A DNA stretch of 64,000 nt, from positions 18,741 to 82,740 of the forward strand of contig JAJEIH010000150.1 in assembly GCA_022827685.1 (NCBI GenBank), given 5' to 3'. The notes under the pieces were generated by a model. The model searched no databases. It was not told the DNA's origin and saw only the letters and a list, made by a program, of their open reading frames with translations. Positions 30,610-38,964 of this stretch are shown here, piece by piece (position 1 is the stretch's first letter; every line of letters starts with the position of its first letter). The DNA is from Alphaproteobacteria bacterium (GTDB lineage: Bacteria > Pseudomonadota > Alphaproteobacteria > Bin95). The position numbers were made by a program, and so were the translations under genes.

Positions 30610-31686
30610 ATGTTGCAGGGGATGAAAATTGTGGCCGCGGCCGCTGTCGCAGGCGCGCTTGCGCTTGGGTCCGGCATTGCCGCCGCTGCGGATTACGGCA
30701 AGAAGGAATTCACGGTGGTCGGGACCTGGGGCTTCCTCGACCACTGGAAGGAGCGTGAGTCCAAGTTCTGGCAGGAAGTCATTCCGGAGGCATCCGGCGG
30801 CATGCTGACGGCCAATGCCAAGCCGCTGACGGAGCTCGGCCTCTCCGGCTTCGAGGTCATGCGGCTGCTCAAGCTCGGCACCTATGACGCGGTCCACGGC
30901 GTGACGACCTATGTTGCGCAGGACAGCCCGGCCATCGAGGGCACCGACCTCGCCGGCGTCATCCAGGACTTCAACGACTACCGGACCGTCCTGGAAGCCT
31001 ACACGCCCATTCTCGAGCGTGAATTTGCCGAGAAATACGACGCCAAGCTCCTGATGATGTATGCGTGGCCGAGCCAGCAGCTCTGGTGCAATCTCGGCGA
31101 CAAGAGCATCACCCAGTTCTCGCTCAACGACCTCGAGGGCAAGAAGATCCGCGTCTATTCGACCACGCTCGGCGATTTCGTCGAGGGCGTCGGCGGCAGC
31201 GCGGTCACGATCGCCTTCGCCGAGGTGGTGCCGGCCCTTCAGAAGGGCGTCGCCGACTGCGGCCTGACCGGCACGCTGCCGGCCTACAACGCCAAGTGGT
31301 GGCAGGTGGTGACCCACAATATCCGCATCCGGCTGGGCTATGCCTCTTCGTTCCTCGCCATGAACATGGACAGCTGGAACAGTCTGACCCCCGATGCGCA
31401 GAACCTCATCATGGAGAAGCTGAAGGTCCTTGAAGAGGAGATGTGGGCGGCGACCGCGGTAAACGACCAGCGCGGCATGGACTGCAACGCCTCCGGCCCG
31501 TGCGACCTGGGCGATCCGGGCGGCATGACGCCGATCGAGGTTTCGGACGCCGACCGCGACAAGCTCAAGCAGATCGTGTCCGATTTCGTGGTCAAGCGCT
31601 GGGCGCAACGCTGCGGCACGCAGCAATGCGTCGATGAGTGGAACGCGACCATCGGCAAGATTGCAGGGATCGAAGCGAGCCTGTAG
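30610..31686 (+). CDS. TRAP transporter substrate-binding protein (divergent DctP-type, called mainly from context)
   Basis: GGGAGA SD, then ATG at 30610. Signal peptide MLQGMKIVAAAAVAGALALGSGIAAA. Lies immediately upstream of the dctQ/dctM-like genes. Confidence 0.7.
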   Translation: MLQGMKIVAAAAVAGALALGSGIAAAADYGKKEFTVVGTWGFLDHWKERESKFWQEVIPEASGGMLTANAKPLTELGLSGFEVMRLLKLGTYDAVHGVTTYVAQDSPAIEGTDLAGVIQDFNDYRTVLEAYTPILEREFAEKYDAKLLMMYAWPSQQLWCNLGDKSITQFSLNDLEGKKIRVYSTTLGDFVEGVGGSAVTIAFAEVVPALQKGVADCGLTGTLPAYNAKWWQVVTHNIRIRLGYASSFLAMNMDSWNSLTPDAQNLIMEKLKVLEEEMWAATAVNDQRGMDCNASGPCDLGDPGGMTPIEVSDADRDKLKQIVSDFVVKRWAQRCGTQQCVDEWNATIGKIAGIEASL

Positions 31687-31794
31687 TCCGGCCGGGGCGC
31701 GGCCCCGCACACGGCGATCGGGGCGCCGCCGCGCCAAGGCGGCGCCCCGTTTTTCCGGCTGACACGCCCGCGCGACCGACTGGCGTCCGCCGGG

Positions 31795-32418
31795 ATGCCG
31801 GAGGACGGAAGCGGAATGTTGGAACGCATACACCAAACGCTCGAGTGGATATCCCGCCGGGCGGTCTGGATCGGCGGCGCCGCCCTGCTGATAGCGGCGA
31901 TCATGGTCACGCTCGACGTGCTCAGCCGCAAATTCCTCAATGTGACCATGAGCGGCGCGGACGAAATCTCCGGCTATGTGTTCGCCGCGGGCACGACCTG
32001 GGCCTACAGCTATTGCCTGCTTCACCGGGCGAATATCCGCATCGACGCGCTCTACAACTTCATGCCGCGGTGGCTCTGCGCCGTTCTGGACACGGTCGCG
32101 GTCGTCCTGCTGCTCATCTATAACGGCATGCTCGCATACAGGGGCTACGGGGCGTTCGCCGAGTCCTGGGCCAAGGACTCGGTGTCGATCACGACCCTCG
32201 CCACGCCTCAGTGGATTCCCCAGCTGCTCTGGGCCTCGGGCCTGATCTTCTTCGAACTGGTCCTGGTTTTCGTCTTCCTCTACACCATGGTCGGCCTCCT
32301 GCGCGGCGATCTCGACCTCGTCAAGCGCATCGCCGGCGTGCCGAGCGTCGCCGAGGAGATCGAGGCCGAGACCCACGGCATGAACCTCCAGACCCAGACC
32401 GGCGCGCAGGAGGACTGA
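31795..32418 (+). CDS. dctQ: TRAP transporter small permease
   Basis: 4-TM protein with DEISGYVF and HRANIRIDALY motifs typical of DctQ. Confidence 0.85.
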   Translation: MPEDGSGMLERIHQTLEWISRRAVWIGGAALLIAAIMVTLDVLSRKFLNVTMSGADEISGYVFAAGTTWAYSYCLLHRANIRIDALYNFMPRWLCAVLDTVAVVLLLIYNGMLAYRGYGAFAESWAKDSVSITTLATPQWIPQLLWASGLIFFELVLVFVFLYTMVGLLRGDLDLVKRIAGVPSVAEEIEAETHGMNLQTQTGAQED

Positions 32419-32422
32419 CGCC

Positions 32423-33712
32423 ATGGTTGTGGGGATCCTCGTCGCCCTGATGCTGCTGGTGGTCGCCGCGGTTCCCGTGGCGGCCATTCTCGGCATTCTC
32501 TCCTTCGGCCTCGACTCGATGTATTTCGGCGGCCGGCTCACGCCCGCCATCGGCGAGTTCGTCTGGGACAAGAGCAAGGAGTTCATCCTGGTCGCGGTGC
32601 CGATGTTCATCCTGCTCGGCGAGATCATGCTGAGGGCGGGCATCGCGGCGCGCATGTACAACGCCGTCGCGCAATGGCTGGTCTGGCTGCCGGGCGGGCT
32701 GATGCACGCCAATATCGGCTCCTGCGCCATCTTCGCCGCGTCTTCGGGCTCGTCCGTCGCGACCGCCGCCACCGTCGGCACCGTCGCCTATCCGCAGATC
32801 GAGCGCCGCGCCTACAATGAGCGCCTGTTCCTGGGCTCGCTGGCGGCGGGCGGCACGCTGGGCATCCTGATTCCGCCGTCGATCAACCTCATTCTCTACG
32901 GCCTGCTGACCGACAGTTCGGTGCCGGAGCTCTATCTTGCGGGCATCATTCCGGGGGTCATCCTCTCGACCCTGTTCATGGCCGCCATCGTCGTCGCCTG
33001 CCTCTGGCGGCGCGAGTGGGGCGGCGCGCGCATCGAGACCAACTGGCGCGACCGCATCCGCACCCTGCCGGACCTGGTGCCGCCGATCATGCTGTTCGTG
33101 GTGGTGGTCGGCTCGATCTATGCGGGACTCGCGACGCCGACCGAGGCCGCGTCGGTCGGCGTGTGCTTCGCCCTGATCCTCTCCGCATCCACCGGCACGC
33201 TCAAACTCTCCATGCTGCGCGAGGCCTTCGAGGGCACCATGCGCACCACGGCGATGATCATGCTCATCATCCTGGCGGCGGTGTTCCTCAACTTCGTGCT
33301 GGGCTTCATCGGCGTGACCCAGGCGATGATCAACTTCATGGCGGAACTCGGCCTGACGCCGCTCGAGTTCATGATCCTGCTGGTCATCTTCTACCTCATC
33401 CTCGGCATGTTCATGGAAACGCTTTCCATGATGCTGACCACCGTGCCGGTGATCTTCCCCATCGTCGTGCAGATGGGGTTCGACCCGGTCTGGTTCGGCG
33501 TGATGATTACCGTGCTGATGGAAACGGCGCTCATCACGCCGCCCATCGGCGTCAACCTGTATGTGGTTCACGGCATCCGCGCGCGCGGCGGCAAGTTCAA
33601 CGATGTGGCATACGGCTCGCTGCCTTTCGTGGTGTCCATGCTGGTCATGGTCGCGCTGCTGATCGCCTATGAGGACCTGGCGCTCTACCTGCCGACCCTG
33701 GTCTATCGCTGA
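32423..33712 (+). CDS. dctM: TRAP transporter large permease
   Basis: 429 aa. GGTLGILIPPS and other DctM family motifs. Confidence 0.95.
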   Translation: MVVGILVALMLLVVAAVPVAAILGILSFGLDSMYFGGRLTPAIGEFVWDKSKEFILVAVPMFILLGEIMLRAGIAARMYNAVAQWLVWLPGGLMHANIGSCAIFAASSGSSVATAATVGTVAYPQIERRAYNERLFLGSLAAGGTLGILIPPSINLILYGLLTDSSVPELYLAGIIPGVILSTLFMAAIVVACLWRREWGGARIETNWRDRIRTLPDLVPPIMLFVVVVGSIYAGLATPTEAASVGVCFALILSASTGTLKLSMLREAFEGTMRTTAMIMLIILAAVFLNFVLGFIGVTQAMINFMAELGLTPLEFMILLVIFYLILGMFMETLSMMLTTVPVIFPIVVQMGFDPVWFGVMITVLMETALITPPIGVNLYVVHGIRARGGKFNDVAYGSLPFVVSMLVMVALLIAYEDLALYLPTLVYR

Positions 33713-33729
33713 TACCCCGGCCCACAACC

Positions 33730-33858
33730 GTCACCCCGGACTTGATCCGGGGTCCATCTCCGGTTCTCGCGGCTGCCTCGGCGGGTTGGGCCTGTCCTCC
33801 ACCGGTTGCGGCAGACGCAGACGGTCAGGGATGGATCCCGGATCAAGTCCGGGGTGAC
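33730..33858. repeat. MITE/REP-like nested-palindrome repeat, copy A (129 bp)
   Basis: Terminal inverted repeats GTCACCCCGGACTTGATCCGGGGTCCAT (33730-33757) and ATGGATCCCGGATCAAGTCCGGGGTGAC (33831-33858) match in 27 of 28 positions. Each arm is itself a hairpin. Confidence 0.85.
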
Positions 33859-33902
33859 GGAAAGGGGCGTTCGGGCATGATGGCTGAACCGGACGGCAGT
33901 GC

Positions 33903-35216
33903 GTGCTAGGCGTGCCTCCCGCCCTGTCGCGCCGCATCTGGCGCATGGCGGGGCCGATCGTCGTCTCCAACGTCTCGGTGCCGCTGATCGGCGCGGTGGA
34001 CACCGCCGTGATGGGCCATCTCGATGCGGCCTGGTACATCGGCGCGGTTGCCATCGGCGCGATGATCTTCAACTTCCTGTTCCACCTGCTCAACTGCCTG
34101 AGGATGGGCACGACGGGGCCGACCGCCCGGGCCCGCGGACGCGAGGACTGGGGCGAGGTGCGCGCGATGCTCTGGCGCGCGCTGACGCTTGCCGGCGGCG
34201 CGGCGGCCCTCATCGTCCTCCTGCAGGGGCCCATCGCCGCGCTTGCCTTCGGGCTTGTCGAGGCGAGCGCCAACGTCGAGGAGCACGCGCGGACCTATTT
34301 CTTCATTCGCGTGTGGACCGCGCCCGCCAACCTCGCGATCTTCGCGATCATCGGCTGGTTCTACGGGCTGGAGGATTCGCGCACGCCGCTCGTCCTCCAG
34401 GTCACCGTCAACGTCACCAACATGGTCCTCGATGTCGTGTTCGTCATGGGCTTCGGTTGGGGCGTCGAGGGCGTCGCCTTCGCCACGCTCATCGGGGAGT
34501 ATCTGGGCCTCGCCGTCGCCGTGGTCGCCGTGCGCCGGCGGCTGAAGCGCCTGCCTGCGGGGCGCGGGCCGGTGTTCGACCGAGCGCGGCTGCTGCGCCT
34601 CGTCGCGATCAACCGAGACATCACCATCAGGTCGCTCTGCGTCGTCTCCGCCAATGCGGTCTTCCTCGCCAAGAGCGCGGCGGCCGGCGACACGACCCTG
34701 GCGGCGAACCAGATCCTCGTGCATTTCGTCATCTTCGCCTCCTTCGCCCTTGACGGCGTCGCTCATGCGGGGGAGGCGCTGGTCGGCGATGCGGTCGGGC
34801 GGCGCCACGGCGCCGGGCTGCGGGAGGTCATACGGGCCGTTCTCGCCTGGTCGGTCGGCGCGGCCGCGCTTCTCTCCATTGCCTATCTGGCCGCCGGCGG
34901 CCTTCTCGTGGCCGTCATGACCTCGTTGCCGGAAGTGCGCGAGGCCGCCGCCGGCTGGATGCTGTGGGGCGCGCTGGCGCCGCTGGTTGCGGTCTGGGCC
35001 TATGCGTATGACGGAATCTATCTGGGTTTCTCGGCGACCCGGTGGATGCTGCTAACCATGGCGGTCGCCTTCGCGGCCTATGTCGCGGCGCTGTTCCTGC
35101 TGCCGGGCCCGCTCGGCAATCACGGGCTCTGGATTGCGCTCTGGCTGTTCTACGGCCTGCGCGGCGCGGGCCTCGCGCTCGCCTATCCACGCCTCAGGCG
35201 AACCTTCGCACTGTGA
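33903..35216 (+). CDS. MATE family efflux transporter (DinF-like)
   Basis: 437 aa, 12 TM. N-terminus RRIWRMAGPIVVSNVSVPLIGAVDTAVMGHL is typical of MATE proteins. Confidence 0.9.
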   Translation: MLGVPPALSRRIWRMAGPIVVSNVSVPLIGAVDTAVMGHLDAAWYIGAVAIGAMIFNFLFHLLNCLRMGTTGPTARARGREDWGEVRAMLWRALTLAGGAAALIVLLQGPIAALAFGLVEASANVEEHARTYFFIRVWTAPANLAIFAIIGWFYGLEDSRTPLVLQVTVNVTNMVLDVVFVMGFGWGVEGVAFATLIGEYLGLAVAVVAVRRRLKRLPAGRGPVFDRARLLRLVAINRDITIRSLCVVSANAVFLAKSAAAGDTTLAANQILVHFVIFASFALDGVAHAGEALVGDAVGRRHGAGLREVIRAVLAWSVGAAALLSIAYLAAGGLLVAVMTSLPEVREAAAGWMLWGALAPLVAVWAYAYDGIYLGFSATRWMLLTMAVAFAAYVAALFLLPGPLGNHGLWIALWLFYGLRGAGLALAYPRLRRTFAL

Positions 35217-35235
35217 TCCCGGCTGCCCCCCGCCG

Positions 35236-35661
35236 TCATTTGCGCCGGGCGGTCGCGCGTTTGCGGCGGAGGTCGGCGAGGCGGCCGCTGAGGCGGCGCT
35301 CGCGCCTCAGGCCGTGGCGCTTCAGGAAGCGCTGCACGGTGGAGGTCCCGAACACGAGGCCCTCAGCGGCCAGCCGGTCGCGCAGCGCCCGGACGGTGAG
35401 CGCCGGCTGCCGCTCCAGAATGCGGAAAATCCGCTCCCGCTCCGCCTCGATGCGCCCGGACTTGAGATCGCCGCCCTTTGCATCGGCCCGCAGATGGCCG
35501 CGCTCGCGCCAGCGCTTCACCCAGCTGGCGACGCTGATTTCGCTCACGCCGAACCGCCGGCCCGCGGCCGCCAGGCTCATCCCCTCCTCCAGCACCGCCG
35601 TCACCGCCAGGCGGCGCAGGTCCTCGCCATACGCCCGCCGCCGCGGATGCGCTTCAGACAT
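35236..35661 (-). pseudogene. IS630-family transposase N-terminal (HTH) remnant; no DDE domain follows
   Basis: 141-aa ORF (GGAGGAGGTGA SD, ATG at 35661) with the IS630 orfA pattern RAYGEDLRRLAV..GMSLAAAGRRFGVSEISVASWVKRW..VQRFLKRHGL. Only 19 nt separate its stop from the MATE gene end. Confidence 0.6.
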
Positions 35662-35923
35662 GTTCACCGTCACCTCCTCCCCGCCGCGCGTGCCGGATTG
35701 CATCGAGTCGGTCGGCACAGGTGCGGCCGGCGCGCGCATCTCCCCTGTCCGGCCCTGTGTCCGGTTTGCCCCTGGAAGTCCCGAATGGCGCCATGATGCG
35801 GCCCGTGCCGCACGCGCCTCGCCTCGTCAGGTCATCTGTCCGATCGTTCCTGATTTATACCGAATAAAGGGACATATAGGGATTTTTATCCGCTTGTAAA
35901 CCCCGTCCGGGGAAAACCAGGGC

Positions 35924-36697
35924 TTATGCCGGCGGCCGGTGGTTGAGCGGCCCGTGACCGCGCCCGAGGCCCGGGGCGGAGCGGATCGCCTCATGCACGA
36001 AATCGCCGGCCCGGCGCACGGCCGGGACGAGGTCGAGGCCCTGCGCAAGGCCGGTCGCTGCCGCGGAAGCCAGCGTGCAGCCCGTGCCGTGCGTGTGCCT
36101 CGTGTCGAGCCGCTCATGCTCGAACGCGGTCTCGCCGGAGGGCGTCAGCAGCCGGTCGCGCACCACGGGACCCGCGCCATGCCCATCCTTCAGCAGCACC
36201 GCATCCACCCCGAGTCCGGCCCAGGAAGGCCAGCCGGGCGCGCGGCCGTCCAGCAGCGCATCGGCTTCCGGCAGGTTCGGCGTCAGCAGCGCCGCCAGGG
36301 GCAGCATGCGCCGGCGGAGCGCCTCGACCGCGTCGTCGCGGAGCAGGCTGTGTCCGCCTTTCGCCACCATGACCGGATCGACGACGACCGGCACGCCCGG
36401 CGCCTCCCGCTCCAAGGTTTCGGCCACCGCCTCGATGACCTCCGCATCGTGCAGCATGCCGGTCTTGACCGCGTCGGCGCCGATGTCGCGCAGCACCACG
36501 CGCATCTGGTCGGCGATGAAGCCGGGCGGCACCGGATGCACGCCGTGGACGCCTTCGGTGTTCTGCGCCGTGAGCGCCGTCACCGCCGTCATGGCGAAAC
36601 CGCCGAGCGCCGTGCAGGTCTTGATGTCCGCCTGGATTCCCGCCCCGCCGCCGGAATCCGAGCCCGCAACGATCAGCAGGCGGCCGCGCATGTTCAT
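35924..36697 (-). CDS. thiD: bifunctional hydroxymethylpyrimidine kinase / phosphomethylpyrimidine kinase
   Basis: AGSDSGGGAGIQADIK, VVVDPVMVAKGG and HGTGCTLASA motifs. Start MNMRG at 36697. Confidence 0.9.
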   Translation of the reverse strand: MNMRGRLLIVAGSDSGGGAGIQADIKTCTALGGFAMTAVTALTAQNTEGVHGVHPVPPGFIADQMRVVLRDIGADAVKTGMLHDAEVIEAVAETLEREAPGVPVVVDPVMVAKGGHSLLRDDAVEALRRRMLPLAALLTPNLPEADALLDGRAPGWPSWAGLGVDAVLLKDGHGAGPVVRDRLLTPSGETAFEHERLDTRHTHGTGCTLASAAATGLAQGLDLVPAVRRAGDFVHEAIRSAPGLGRGHGPLNHRPPA

Positions 36698-36927
36698 GGA
36701 TACAGCCCCGGCGATGTGCGGCTGCGCCGGGAGCAGGAGGACGGAGCGCGGCGGGGCATGGCCGCGCAGTCTAGCCCGCATTTCTCACCAGTGTCATGGT
36801 CTGCGCGGCGCTGTCGGGCCGGGATGGAACCGGGCGCGTCGGAAACCGGAAGCGCAAGAATCGGGCTGCGCCGGCGGGTGGGTGAATGCAGCCTGCGGCC
36901 CCCCGCCTCCGGGAAAGGCAATGCCGG

Positions 36928-37842
36928 ATGACCACCCTTCGCCCGCCCGTGCTCGACATGACGGCCTGGAGCCTGCTGGCCGCGCTGTCGCTCGTCTGGG
37001 GCGGGTCCTTTTTCTTCGCGGAAGTGGCGCTCTACGCGCTGCCGCCCTTCACTATCGTGCTGGCGCGGCTGGCGGTGGGCGCAGCCGGCCTCTGGCTGCT
37101 GGTTGCGCTGAGCCGCGCGGCGCTGCCGACCCGGCCCGGAGACTGGCGCGACCTCGCCGTCATGGGCCTGCTCAACAACGCCTTGCCGTTCTCGCTCATC
37201 GTCTGGGGCCAGCAATGGATCACCGGAGGACTGGCGAGCGTGCTCAACGCCACCACGCCGGTCTTCGGCGTGATCGCCGCCCATTTTCTGACCCGTGACG
37301 AGAAGCTGACCGTCAATCGGCTTGCGGGCGTGGCGGTAGGGGTTGCGGGCGTCGCTGTGCTCGTCGGCCCGGCCGCGCCGGACGGCTCCGGCGGCTATCT
37401 TGCAGGTTCCGCGGCGGTGCTGGCGGCGGCTGTTTCTTATGCGGCCGCGGGCCTCTGGGGGCGGCGGCTGCGGCATCTGCCGCCGGCCACGGCGGCTGCG
37501 GGGCAGGTCGGCTGCTCGACCCTGATCGTCCTGCCGCTCGCGCTGGCATTGGAGCAACCCTGGCGCCTCCCCGCCCCGCCGCCCGAAGTCTGGGGGGCGT
37601 TGGCCGGCATCGGGCTGCTCAGCACCAGCCTCGCCTATTTGCTGTTTTTCGCCATCGTGCGGCGCGCCGGCGGCAGCAATGTCATGCTGGTGACATTGAT
37701 GATTCCGCCGAGCGCGGTGCTGCTGGGCGTGCTCTTTCTGGGCGAGGAAGTCGGCCCCGGCCAATCGATCGGGATGGCGCTCATCGCCGCTGCACTGCTC
37801 GCCATAGACGGCCGCCTCCTGCGCGCCGTCCGCCGGAAATGA
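36928..37842 (+). CDS. DMT family transporter (EamA-like)
   Basis: About 10 TM segments and two EamA-like halves. Start MTTLRPP at 36928. Confidence 0.85.
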   Translation: MTTLRPPVLDMTAWSLLAALSLVWGGSFFFAEVALYALPPFTIVLARLAVGAAGLWLLVALSRAALPTRPGDWRDLAVMGLLNNALPFSLIVWGQQWITGGLASVLNATTPVFGVIAAHFLTRDEKLTVNRLAGVAVGVAGVAVLVGPAAPDGSGGYLAGSAAVLAAAVSYAAAGLWGRRLRHLPPATAAAGQVGCSTLIVLPLALALEQPWRLPAPPPEVWGALAGIGLLSTSLAYLLFFAIVRRAGGSNVMLVTLMIPPSAVLLGVLFLGEEVGPGQSIGMALIAAALLAIDGRLLRAVRRK

Positions 37843-37960
37843 CACAGTGTCGGACCGGAAGGCGGCAGGCCGCGGAGCAGGCGCTCCGGCCCACAGGCCG
37901 CTTTTCCCCTGGAGCACGGTCCGTTCGCTCTGGAACGGGTTCGAGTGGGCAACCCTGTTT

Positions 37961-38063
37961 GTCACCCCGGACGGAGCGGAGCGGAGATCCGGGGTCCAGC
38001 CTGTCGGAGTCTTTGCCATGCTTTGCCGGCGGTGCTGGGCCCCGGCTCGGGGGCCGGGGCGAC
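37961..38063. repeat. MITE/REP-like nested-palindrome repeat, copy B (103 bp, hybrid arms)
   Basis: Left arm GTCACCCCGGA-(CGGAG)x3-A-TCCGGGGTCCAG. Right arm TGGGCCCCGGCTCGGGGGCCGGGGCGAC (38036-38063). A further partial arm TCCGGACTTGGCCCCGAC follows at about 38067-38084. Confidence 0.75.
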
Positions 38064-38128
38064 AATTCCGGACTTGGCCCCGACGTCCTTTCAATCCGAA
38101 TGGACTGCGCTCTAGGCAGAATCGACAT

Positions 38129-38883
38129 TCATCGCATCCATACGATAGCAGAAGCGATGTGTATGAAGGCGAGGAAGTATATTGCTTTTCGGTCGTATCG
38201 GGTTGCGATGCGCTGGAAGTGTTTGATCTTGTTGAAGTAGCGTTCGATGCGGTTTCGGTGTTTGTAGATTTCGGCGTCATAGCCGATGAGGCGCTTTCGC
38301 GTTGGATTGCAGGGGATGACGGCCTCGGCCTCGATGTCGGCGATGCGGTTGCGGATGGCATTGGCGTCGTAAGCAGCGTCGGCGAGCACATGGCGGGGCC
38401 GAAACCCCTCCATCAACGCCAGGGCCTTTGGCGCGTCGCCGGCCTGTCCGGGCGAGAGGATCACGCGGAGCGGTCGTCCGAGAGTGTCGCAGGCGATGTG
38501 TATTTTGGTCGTCAGTCCGCCTCTGGAACGCCCCAGAGCCTGATCCCGGCCCCCCCTTTTCCGGTCGCCGCCTGTTGATGCGCGCGCACGATGGTGCTGT
38601 CGAGCATGAGGTATTCATTGTCGCGATCCGCCGTCAGGGCATCGAACACCCTCTCCCACACGCCCGCTTTGGCCCAGCGTGTGAAACGCTTGTGCACCGA
38701 CTTCCACTTCCCGTAGCGCGCCGGCAGGTCGCGCCAGTGCGCGCCCGAACGAAGCACCCACAGAACCGCGTTGACAAATAACCGGTTGTCCGCCCCCGAA
38801 CGCCCCGGATCGCCCGGCTTGCCCAGAAGCAGGCCTTCGATGCGGACCCACTGCGCGTCCGTCAACTCATAGCGCTGCACCAT
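38129..38883 (-). CDS. IS5-family transposase, orfA-orfB joined by a programmed -1 frameshift
   Basis: orfA MVQRYELTDAQW..AHWRDLPARYG.. (38883-38512). After slipping on AAAAGGGGGGG the reading continues GRDQALGRSRGGLTTKIHIACD...DAAYDANAIR...YKHRNRIERYFNKIKHFQRIATRYD (DDE region) to the stop at 38129. Confidence 0.85.
38550..38560 (-). other. putative -1 ribosomal frameshift (slippery) site of the IS transposase
   Basis: Minus-strand A AAA GGG GGG G (plus-strand CCCCCCCTTTT). The orfB frame is open upstream to this point. Confidence 0.65.
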
Positions 38884-38964
38884 CGCCAACCTCCAACCGA
38901 AAATCGGTTGGAGCGCCATGAATCACACAATCTCCTCCAAGGGAATCCTGAATGTCGATTGAAC

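Noticed and set aside
30403-33727. 792-aa and 468-aa minus-strand ORFs
   Set aside because: They lie antisense to the TRAP transporter genes, which show clear DctQ/DctM motifs. Their sequence is biased towards His/Arg/Asp and Arg/Gly/Ala/Pro with no recognisable motifs.
33859-33902. GTTC-N13-GAAC inverted repeat upstream of the DinF-like MATE gene as an SOS box
   Set aside because: The spacing and orientation fit neither the alphaproteobacterial GTTC-N7-GTTC consensus nor the CTG-N10-CAG consensus.
36698-36900. Possible TPP (THI-box) riboswitch upstream of thiD
   Set aside because: I found only GGUGAGA where CUGAGA is expected. There is no ACCC...GAACCUGAUC...GCCGGCG...AGGGA series, so the sequence does not support it.
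37931-37960. tRNA-like T-arm sequence GGGTTCGAGTGGGCAACCC
   Set aside because: No acceptor stem, anticodon arm or D-arm can be built around it, and it lies in the spacer before repeat copy B.
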